Origin: Lentisphaerota bacterium | GTDB lineage: Bacteria; Verrucomicrobiota; Lentisphaeria; Victivallales; Victivallaceae | DNA length: 64,000 bases | NCBI GenBank assembly: GCA_024225035.1 | Contig: JAAEMX010000211.1 | Coordinates: 22,658-86,657 of the forward strand | Direction of reading: 5' to 3' | Part shown: positions 56,252 to 64,000 of the stretch, piece by piece | Layout: each line of letters begins with the position of its first letter | Numbering within the stretch: position 1 is the stretch's first letter | Translations under genes and position numbers: made by a program | The notes under the pieces: generated by a model | The model's database searches: none | Told to the model about the DNA's origin: nothing | What the model saw: the letters and a program-made list of their open reading frames with translations, nothing else

Positions 56252-57427
56252 ATGAAGATTATTACAATTGCCGCAGGATTATCAGGCTTAATCGGAATAA
56301 CTTCCGTAAGCGCTTTTGATAATTATGAAGAAGCATTCAAACTGGCTCAATCCAGATACGATCAAGGGCATTATATCAGAAGTGCCGAGTTTAGTCATAC
56401 CGCTTCTGAGATGACCAAAAATTCCAAACAAAAATATAATGCTTTAATGCTCGAAGGTGAAGCCCTCAGAGCCGGACGTGATTTTGTCAAAGCTATAAAA
56501 GTTTTTACTCAAGCCGAAAAGGTGTCCGGAATAACCACTTCAAGTAAGAATATTGCATACTGTGCCAAACTTCGTGCTTTGTATTTAGGTAAACAGTATA
56601 ATCTATTAATGAATACATGCACTGAGACATTAAAAAGTAATCCAGCTTCTAAGCAAAGAATCCGATTCTCATCATTTTATGGCTGCCTGGCTGCGAAAGG
56701 AATGGGGGACTTCGCAAAAGAGCAGACAATGGCTAAAAAACTTTTTCAAGACGAACCGGATGGAAGTCCATGGAAAGTCAGAGGATTACTATTCAGACTA
56801 CAAGCATTATGTAACCTAAAGAAATATGACGAAGCTATAGATGTTATTAATGCTGCTCAAATGCAGAAAATACCTTTGCCGATGCTTGCCGAGTGGAATG
56901 TGATTTGCGGTTTCTGCGAAGAGAAAGCCGGAGACCCCAATAAGGCTTTAAAGTTTTACGAAAAAGCTCAAAAGTATGATCAGGGCTATTATCAGGGGTT
57001 AGCTTTCCTGCGTGCCGGAATTATTGCGTCACAAAAACAGGCAACACAACAGTTGGCAGTAACTGATTTCAAGAAAGTTTTAAAGTCAGGTGCTCATCCC
57101 CAACACAAAATACAAGCTGTATACCGCTGCGGAGAGCTGCTTGGTAAACAAAAAAAATACAAGGAAGCTCTTGTTTTCTTAAGAAATGAAGAAAGCATTA
57201 AATGCAATTCAAGGTGGCGTGCCGAAATTTTCAGACTTGAAGGTACTATTTACCATCAGCAGGGTAAACTGGCTAAAGCTGAATACTTCCTCCTTGCAAG
57301 CCTGGAACAGCCGGGCTGTCCTCTAAAATGTAAATTGGCTGCTACAGGACTTCTGAATAAAATAAAAAGAGAACGCAAAGATATTGAAAACCGTAAAACA
57401 ATATCAGAAAATTCAGCCAAAAGTTAA
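56252..57427 (+). CDS. secreted TPR-like repeat protein
   Basis: Signal peptide followed by helical repeats; paralogous to the next gene. Confidence 0.55.
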   Translation: MKIITIAAGLSGLIGITSVSAFDNYEEAFKLAQSRYDQGHYIRSAEFSHTASEMTKNSKQKYNALMLEGEALRAGRDFVKAIKVFTQAEKVSGITTSSKNIAYCAKLRALYLGKQYNLLMNTCTETLKSNPASKQRIRFSSFYGCLAAKGMGDFAKEQTMAKKLFQDEPDGSPWKVRGLLFRLQALCNLKKYDEAIDVINAAQMQKIPLPMLAEWNVICGFCEEKAGDPNKALKFYEKAQKYDQGYYQGLAFLRAGIIASQKQATQQLAVTDFKKVLKSGAHPQHKIQAVYRCGELLGKQKKYKEALVFLRNEESIKCNSRWRAEIFRLEGTIYHQQGKLAKAEYFLLASLEQPGCPLKCKLAATGLLNKIKRERKDIENRKTISENSAKS

Positions 57428-57572
57428 ATAATTGTTAAGAGTCCTAAATTTTCAATCTAAATGCTGGATTTTTAAATTTTTATTTGTATACTAAATAATG
57501 CATTGGTTTTTCCTGAAACTCTTGCTGCTTTTTAAAACTGTCCTTCTTCGGACCGATATCACGGGTGAAATT

Positions 57573-58706
57573 ATGATGAAAAAGATACTTTCTTGCGCCT
57601 TACTGTTGTCTCTTGCGGGAGTTGTGCTTGCAGAGGACTGGCAGACTATTTACGAGAACGCCAGCAATGAATACAACGGCAAAAGATATGAAGATGCCTA
57701 TGATTTTTTCAAACAGTCTGTAGAAGAGGCCTCTACTCCACAGCAAAAATACAAATCATACTTACATTGTGCGTATTCAGCTTACGCCTTAGGTAAATAT
57801 TCAGAAAGCCAGCGCTATGCCTCGCGCGCAATTTCTGTTAAGGGAATTTCTGATGATCAGAAGACTAGAGCCTATTATTACAAGCTGGTGGCTCGATACA
57901 GACTTGACAAAAAAGACAATGCCGAAGCAATGGCTGAAATTATATCAAAAAACAAACCTTTCAGCGGATCACTGCTTGGAGCTTCAATGTACTTTAGTTC
58001 TTATAACTGGTACCTGAAAAAAGACTATAAAAAAGCGTTAAAACTTTCTGATGTAGGCATTGAGCTGTCAAAACCATATACAACTTACTATTACCTTAAT
58101 ACAGTCCAGCAAATACGCTGTCTTAGAAAACTTAATAAGTTTAATGAGGCCTTTAAACTTGCTGAAGAGACTGATTTAAAGAAATGGCCTGGGCGCTACC
58201 TCGGTGAATTATATTATGAAATAGGCTACTGTTGTTTCTTGAACGAAGAACGCCAGGAATACCCTGACAAGCGGGATTATACCAGAGCGCTTAAATTTTT
58301 CAAAATGTCCGTAAATGCGCATGAAGATGATTGCAGAAAAGCTAAATCAATATATTTTGCAGGACTTTCTCACAAAAAAATGAAGAAATACAAAGAAGCC
58401 AAAACTTCATTTGACCTTATTCTTGATATGGCTGACTCCCCGGAGCGCTATAAGTACCGCGCTCAATTTCACATAGCTGATATATATTTTATTCTGAAAA
58501 ATTACAAAAAGGCTTCTACTGAATTCAGTAAAGTACCCGGAATGGAATGCGTTACTGTTTACTGGAAGTCTCGCGCTCTTCTCATGGAAGGAGAATCTTA
58601 CAAAGAACTGGGTAATAAAAAAGCATCACAAAATGCTTTTAGTCAAGCTGCAGGCCTTGAAGGCGCTCCAATATGGGTAATAAAAGAAGCTAAAAAAAAT
58701 ATATGA
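57573..58706 (+). CDS. secreted TPR-like repeat protein (tandem paralog)
   Basis: Start moved to the signal-peptide Met (MMKKILSCALLLSLAGVVLA). Same repeat organisation as the upstream gene. Confidence 0.55.
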   Translation: MMKKILSCALLLSLAGVVLAEDWQTIYENASNEYNGKRYEDAYDFFKQSVEEASTPQQKYKSYLHCAYSAYALGKYSESQRYASRAISVKGISDDQKTRAYYYKLVARYRLDKKDNAEAMAEIISKNKPFSGSLLGASMYFSSYNWYLKKDYKKALKLSDVGIELSKPYTTYYYLNTVQQIRCLRKLNKFNEAFKLAEETDLKKWPGRYLGELYYEIGYCCFLNEERQEYPDKRDYTRALKFFKMSVNAHEDDCRKAKSIYFAGLSHKKMKKYKEAKTSFDLILDMADSPERYKYRAQFHIADIYFILKNYKKASTEFSKVPGMECVTVYWKSRALLMEGESYKELGNKKASQNAFSQAAGLEGAPIWVIKEAKKNI

Positions 58707-58734
58707 TGAATTTTTGACCAAGTTTGTAAATAAA

Positions 58735-58761
58735 GCTCGCCTTATGGCGGGCTTTTTTTGT
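58735..58761 (+). terminator. rho-independent terminator
   Basis: Stem gctcgcc/ggcgggc (one G-U pair), loop ttat, then T7. Confidence 0.65.
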
Positions 58762-58877
58762 GCCCAAATCGTTATAAAACCGTTAATAAATTGCATTGAG
58801 GGTTTATTCCGAAAGAATCTTGTATTATAATAATTTTATACGGAGTTGAGGTTTTCATAACTTATGAGGAGTTTGTT

Positions 58878-59282
58878 ATGCCGGAATTTTGTACCCCTTT
58901 CAGTGTTTTACATTCAGATCGTAAACTTACAAATGGTGAGTTGACCAGAGCTATTCGTTTTATGATTGCCGCTGAATACGAAGCTATTCAGCTATATCTG
59001 CAACTTGCCGAGTCTACTGACAACAAACTGGCACATGATGTTCTGGTGGATATTGCTAACGAAGAAAAAGTCCATGCTGGAGAGTTTATCAGACTGTTAA
59101 AAGAGCTCAACCCTGACGAACAGCGTTTTTATGATGAAGGGGCTCATGAAGTTGATGAAATTATTCAAGAAATAGCTTTGAATAAAAAGCCTGCTCCTCC
59201 ACCAATACCGCCCAAACCTCCTAAAAAAGGGGAGAAGCCTCCAAAACCTGATAATGAAGGTCCTCCAACGTGGTCATCTTAA
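58878..59282 (+). CDS. ferritin-like/rubrerythrin-like diiron-domain protein with Pro/Lys-rich C-terminal tail
   Basis: E..E..H-type diiron ligand spacing (AAEYEAIQLY, EEKVHAGEF). C-terminus PAPPPIPPKPPKKGEKPPKPDNEGPP. Confidence 0.55.
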   Translation: MPEFCTPFSVLHSDRKLTNGELTRAIRFMIAAEYEAIQLYLQLAESTDNKLAHDVLVDIANEEKVHAGEFIRLLKELNPDEQRFYDEGAHEVDEIIQEIALNKKPAPPPIPPKPPKKGEKPPKPDNEGPPTWSS

Positions 59283-60140
59283 CTAAGCTTTTTTTCGCCC
59301 GGTATTACTTGCCGGGCTTTTTTTACTTACAAAAATAAAGTGTATTATTCCAGCAAAGTAGCTTACGCCGAGCAATACTGCTCCTGTCTGTTGCCAGCCT
59401 TTTTGGAATAGGGCAAAAAAACCGGTACATGTTGCCAATGTTAAAAGTATTCCGCAAGCAGTAAGCTTCCAATCAACTTTAAACAGGGACTGCCTAAGGA
59501 AGAACGCAGTATTAAAAACAGGAGCAAAACGAATCATTCTTATATGTTTTGGTCCGTTGCTTGTTGGCACAAACATACCAGCAATATATCCTGCTAGATA
59601 AATCACTCCACAAGTAACAGCAAGCTGGCGTTTCTTTTCTATCAGGCTGTGTATTCCAACTATTAGTGATGCTAAAGAAGCAACAAGTAAAATAAAATAA
59701 AATGCAGCCGGCATGACTCCAAGCACCAGCATAAATATAAAATAGATCAGGTTCAGGCCAGGTATAAACGGCAAGTAAAAAAGGATATTTGATGACTGAG
59801 CTTTACTATTCTTGCTGCTTTTACTCTTAACAGTTTGAGAATTTGCAGTTGTACGCTTTCGACGCGGGCATTTAATTCTGGAAAGCGCCGTCAATACTTC
59901 ATCGCTTGTTGTCTTGTAGGTTTTAAATTCAGCTAAGACATCGTGCTCAGCTTCGTGTATGGCTTTGTTGCGCATTGAAGCAAGCATATGTAAGCGTTTC
60001 ACCAGAGTTTCAGGTAATTTTTCTGCAATACTGTTGGTCAGCTCATGAAGCCCTTTACCTTCAGCTTTCAGCCGTTTTAATTCCTTCTCCAGTTGTTTGG
60101 AGATTTCAATTATTTCGCCTATTGCAATTCTGCGTTCCAT
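59283..60140 (-). CDS. hypothetical protein: N-terminal HEPN-like (Rx4H) helical domain fused to C-terminal multi-pass membrane domain
   Basis: LHMLASMRNKAIHEAEHD matches the R-N-x-x-x-H HEPN / DUF4145-type motif. Four to five TM helices in the C-terminal half. Confidence 0.45.
   Translation of the reverse strand: MERRIAIGEIIEISKQLEKELKRLKAEGKGLHELTNSIAEKLPETLVKRLHMLASMRNKAIHEAEHDVLAEFKTYKTTSDEVLTALSRIKCPRRKRTTANSQTVKSKSSKNSKAQSSNILFYLPFIPGLNLIYFIFMLVLGVMPAAFYFILLVASLASLIVGIHSLIEKKRQLAVTCGVIYLAGYIAGMFVPTSNGPKHIRMIRFAPVFNTAFFLRQSLFKVDWKLTACGILLTLATCTGFFALFQKGWQQTGAVLLGVSYFAGIIHFIFVSKKSPASNTGRKKA
59297..59324 (+). terminator. rho-independent terminator (overlaps the 3' end of the convergent gene)
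   Basis: Stem gcccgg/ccgggc with a 9-nt loop, followed by T7. Confidence 0.5.
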
Positions 60141-60279
60141 ACAAAGTTTTCATCCATCAAAATTATTTACTGACAAAACATAAAATTATAAGCTTTTTAT
60201 ATTTGTTCAAGTCGTCTGACATAAATAAGTGGAAAAGCTGTGATATTGCATTATTGTAAGCGAGAAAAACAGGAAAACG

Positions 60280-61140
60280 ATGCATTCTCATCTGGAAAAA
60301 ACCGAATATGAGCCGTTTAAAAGGCTGCTATTAGAAATTAGCTACGATGGTAGCGAATATAGCGGCTGGCAGGTTCAACCCCACTGTGAGACTGTCCAGC
60401 TGGTTCTACAGCAACTTCTGCGCAGACTGTATGGAGGGAAGTCAATAAATGTACTCGGCAGCAGTCGGACTGATGCCGGAGTTCATGCTGTAGGCTTTGC
60501 TGCATGTTATTTATGCCCGGAACGCCCTGATATCCCGACTCCTAAGCTAATGACAGCCCTGAACAGCATGTTGCCGTCTGCGATAAGGATTAGAAATATT
60601 GAAGAAGTACCGCTCAGCTTCCATGCCAGATATGACGCCATAGGCAAAGCTTATACCTATGTGCTGAATTTTGGGAAGGAATCACCATTTACGAGTAAAT
60701 ATACATGGCACATACGCACCAAAACAGACATTACCGCAATGCGACAGGCCGCTGAGATGCTGGTTGGAACTCATGATTACTCCAGTTTTGTTGTTGAGCG
60801 TCATAAATATGATAACGCAATAAGAACAATTCAAAGCATAGATTTCATTTTTACTGGCAGCATGTTATGCATTTCATTTAAAGGTAATGGGTTTTTGTAT
60901 AAAATGATTCGCTGCATTGTAGGAGCGTTGGAATCTGTTGGCAGGGGGTACATTACTGTCGAACAATTTAAAACTATTTTTGAAGCTAAGGATCGCACGC
61001 AGGCTCCTGAAACAGCGCCAGCACATGGATTATTTCTTGTAAAAGTTTTTTATGACCAGAGCGAGATGGATAGTTTTGAGCTTAAAACAATACCTTTTTG
61101 CATGAATATTTCCGAAAAGCCTTCCAGAATTAAGACTTAA
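60280..61140 (+). CDS. truA: tRNA pseudouridine(38-40) synthase
   Basis: ISYDGSEYSGWQ and the catalytic-Asp region RTDAGVHA. Confidence 0.88.
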   Translation: MHSHLEKTEYEPFKRLLLEISYDGSEYSGWQVQPHCETVQLVLQQLLRRLYGGKSINVLGSSRTDAGVHAVGFAACYLCPERPDIPTPKLMTALNSMLPSAIRIRNIEEVPLSFHARYDAIGKAYTYVLNFGKESPFTSKYTWHIRTKTDITAMRQAAEMLVGTHDYSSFVVERHKYDNAIRTIQSIDFIFTGSMLCISFKGNGFLYKMIRCIVGALESVGRGYITVEQFKTIFEAKDRTQAPETAPAHGLFLVKVFYDQSEMDSFELKTIPFCMNISEKPSRIKT

Positions 61141-62294
61141 ACGTAAAAATACCCCGGAACTTCAAAGAATTCAGCCAAGGGCAGGGTCGCTGCTCCTATT
61201 GCGTCAATATGTTCCAGGCTTGACACATAAAGTTCAATTTGGTTCAAGCTTCCAAACGGGCAATTTTTTTGCAATGCATCTTGAATACAAGCAATCAAAT
61301 CCTTTCCAAAAAGCTTGACGACGGCTCCGGAAAGAAAAATTACTTTCGGACACATTATATTTATCACGGCTCCCAACCCTCTGGCCAAGTGCTCTCCTGT
61401 TTGACGCATTATTTTACGGTACTCTTCATCTGAAACGCTGTCTTTATTGAAATAACAAAGGCGTTCAAAATGCAGCCCGCTGGCTTCACTGAGAAGTTTT
61501 GCTACTTTTCTTTCAGACGCATATGCTTCAAGACAGCCATGGTTACCACAGCGACACAAATCTCCGTCAGGAGTAATGACAATATGGCCGATTTCACCTG
61601 CATACTGTCCTGCTCCTTTAAAAAGGTGGCGATCGTTAACAATTCCCATACCAATACCACCGGATACTTCAACAACTACAAAATCGTTATAATCTTTGCC
61701 GCGACCAAACCATTTCTCAGCTAAGGCGATAGAACGGGATTCTTCTTCAAAAAACAGTTTTCCTGGTATAATAGATGAAAAGTTTTCTTTGAAATTGACT
61801 TGGTTTAAAGATGGAATGTTTACAGAATCAAGCATTACATAATTTACCATATCCATAATTCCCGGCATACAGATGCCAACACCTAAATCTGGACAGTGTT
61901 TTTTGGAAAGAACCTGGTAAACATTTTCAACAGCTTTGTTAATGGTAACCAAATCAGTATATAAAGGATATTCAACTTCGTGCGAGGAATGAATATTTCC
62001 GTAGAAGTCCAGAAGAACACCACGTGTGTAGTGCGGGGCAATATATATGCCAATTGCATATTTATCAATAAATTTAAGCATGGTGAAAGGGCGTCCGGAA
62101 ACATTTCCCTGCTTGCCTGATTCTTCAACGATCCCCTCGTCCAGCAGTTCATTTATGAAGTTAGTTATGCTCTTGCGATCCAAATCTGTAACTGCGGCAA
62201 TTTGAGATCGTGCAATTGGACTTTTCAGCCTGATCGAATTTAATATTTTAGCACGATTGATTTTCTTTATCAGCGAATGGTTTTTTAAGCCCAT
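61137..62294 (-). CDS. ROK-family transcriptional repressor/sugar kinase (NagC/XylR-like)
   Basis: N-terminal wHTH plus a ROK core containing a CxCGxxGC-like Zn motif (CRCGNHGC). Confidence 0.8.
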   Translation of the reverse strand: MGLKNHSLIKKINRAKILNSIRLKSPIARSQIAAVTDLDRKSITNFINELLDEGIVEESGKQGNVSGRPFTMLKFIDKYAIGIYIAPHYTRGVLLDFYGNIHSSHEVEYPLYTDLVTINKAVENVYQVLSKKHCPDLGVGICMPGIMDMVNYVMLDSVNIPSLNQVNFKENFSSIIPGKLFFEEESRSIALAEKWFGRGKDYNDFVVVEVSGGIGMGIVNDRHLFKGAGQYAGEIGHIVITPDGDLCRCGNHGCLEAYASERKVAKLLSEASGLHFERLCYFNKDSVSDEEYRKIMRQTGEHLARGLGAVINIMCPKVIFLSGAVVKLFGKDLIACIQDALQKNCPFGSLNQIELYVSSLEHIDAIGAATLPLAEFFEVPGYFYV

Positions 62295-62377
62295 TTTTAT
62301 TATCCATATAAGTTTAAGTTAACTATATAAGTTAAACATCAATCGATACAATTCAAATTACGAATCAGGTTTTCGAG

Positions 62378-63891
62378 CTATTCCTTGTCAACAGAAGACG
62401 CCTTGTATAGTTTTGCTGCTTCTACAGCTCTTCTCCAACGTTCCAGTAGCGCGACTCGCCGTTTGGCTGAAATACGAGGATAGAAGTTGGTAGTTGCTTT
62501 TAAGTTATCATAGATTTTGTCAAAATTCTCCCATACCCCGCAGTACTTTCCGGCAGCTAATGCTACACCTAGCGCTGACGCTTGAGTTATCTGTGAACGG
62601 ATCACAGGAATACCAAGAATGTCAGCTTGAAACTGCATCATAAATGAATTTTCAGAAGCGCTGCCCGAAGCCTTTAAGCAATCATAAGAATTTCCTGTTT
62701 CCTGTTCCATGGCAAAAAATAGAGCCGCACATCTATATGCAATACCTTCAAGAGCCGCACGTGCCAGGTGCGCAAGCGTACAGCCGGCATCTATCCCGAG
62801 TATAGTTCCTCTTATGTCAGAGTCCCCGTATGGGGCCCCAAGCCCGAAAAAGGCAGGTATAAACAATATATCGCCACCGGAACCCGCTGTTTTTGCAAGA
62901 TCTTCTGAGTCTTCTGGGGCATCAATAATATGCAATTTGTCACAAAGCCATTGTATTGCAGCTCCGCCGAAAAGAACTCCGCCATTCAGTAAGAAACGCC
63001 GGTTTTTATCCATTTTCCAGGCTACAAGAGAGTTAAACATTGTTTCGCTTTTGACTCTTGTCTTGCCTGTATTTACACTGGCAAAGCAGCCCGTGCCATA
63101 GTTAATACTAATCTCATGTGGTCCTGTACAGTTTTGCCCAAACATTGCAGCCTGTTGATCTCCAAGCATACTGCATACGGGAATTTCAACATTAAACAGC
63201 TCGGGTTTCACCTTCCCAAAATCTCCAATACTGGGCCGTATTTCCGGTAAAATATTTTCTGGAATACCAAACAGTTCAAGCATTTTACTATCCCAGCAAT
63301 TATCTTTTATATTATAAAGCATGGTCATGGATGCATTTGAAGGCTCTGTCGCATGCACTCCAGTAAGTTTAAAAAGGAGCCATGAATCCACAGTACCGAA
63401 GCAAACTTGGTTTTTTTCAACTTAGCTTCAATTCCCGGCGTGTGCTCCAGAAGCCATTTCAATTTAGTTGCTGAAAATATTGGATCAGGAACGAGTCCAG
63501 TGCGTTGGTGGATAAGTTTGGACAGACCATGATTAACTAACTCCTGACACATATGGGACGTGCGGCGGCATTGCCAGACTATAGCATTACAAAACGGTTC
63601 TCCTGTCTTTCTGTCCCAAAGTAAAGTTGTACCGCCTTGGTTTGAAATTCCTATTGCAGTTATATCATTTGGAGGAACGCCTGAGGTCTTAAATAATTCT
63701 TGTATGCATTTTAGCATAGTTTGCCACATGGCATTAGGGGGGTGTTCTACCCAGCCGGGGGCAGGGAATGACACACCAAACTTTCGACTGCTGGAAGTGA
63801 CAACCGTTGCATCAGACGCAAAAAGCATTGCGCGTGATTTGATTGCTCCCTGGTCAAGACCAATAATGTATTTACCCATAATTTCCCTCAA
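62378..63891 (-). pseudogene. glpK: glycerol kinase gene disrupted by a frameshift near 63392-63400
   Basis: ORF 63325-63891 encodes the FGGY N-domain (IIGLDQGAIKSRAMLF...) and ends out of frame. ORF 62378-63391 continues with DSWLLFKLTG in another frame. The junction reads aagtttgcttcggtactgtggattcatgg. Confidence 0.75.
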
Positions 63892-64000
63892 TTCTCTGTA
63901 TTAATCAATACTAACAAGCTAATTAATAAAAGTCAATAGTTTGTTGTGAAAATAAACTATTTTATTCAACTCACTTGTTAAAATGATGATACTATTTATA

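Noticed and set aside
1-64000. Scan for tRNA/rRNA genes, CRISPR arrays, IS elements and integrases
   Set aside because: No cloverleaf-like GC-rich 75-90 nt segments, no regularly spaced direct repeats, and no transposase or integrase-like ORFs. Confirm with tRNAscan-SE, CRISPRCasFinder and ISfinder.

Overview
This is a gene-dense, moderately AT-rich bacterial chromosomal segment from a strict anaerobe. Reading the six-frame track gives about 57 protein-coding genes, with no rRNA, tRNA, CRISPR array or obvious IS element. The gene content is an inference from motifs and points to a sulfate-reducer-like or fermentative anaerobe (possibly Desulfovibrionaceae-like, low confidence).

Housekeeping genes present: tyrS, metG, mutS, dnaG, miaB, proB, truA and cysK. 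Transport genes: a CaCA Ca2+/Na+ antiporter, two tandem CNNM/CorC paralogues, a CPA1 Na+/H+ antiporter and a CzcBA metal efflux pump.

Four clusters are worth a second look:
- A nitrogenase-cofactor-like Fe-S cluster of two NifX-like proteins and two MinD/4Fe-4S ATPases, with DUF5320 and a DUF134 regulator. One of the ATPases is frameshifted.
- A putative H2-sensing signalling module. It has a HydS-type sensory [FeFe]-hydrogenase (H-domain lacking the proton-relay Cys, a Cx2Cx4Cx16C cluster and a PAS domain), a PP2C phosphatase, two small 2Fe-2S proteins and a catalytic [FeFe]-hydrogenase. The sensor gene is frameshifted.
- A 10-gene glutamate-mutase / methylaspartate-ammonia-lyase operon. It carries a two-subunit class I fumarase (mesaconase candidate) and an embedded uncharacterised DUF1446/DUF4387/P-loop trio in place of citramalate lyase.
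- A GNAT / Lys-rich membrane protein / Sir2 triad.

Other oddities:
- An AT-rich orphan gene with a Zn-ribbon and a possible papain-like triad.
- A Ser/Thr kinase operon with an 847-aa helical protein.
- A HEPN-like transmembrane protein.
- Three frameshift-disrupted genes (the MinD-like ATPase, hydS and glpK).
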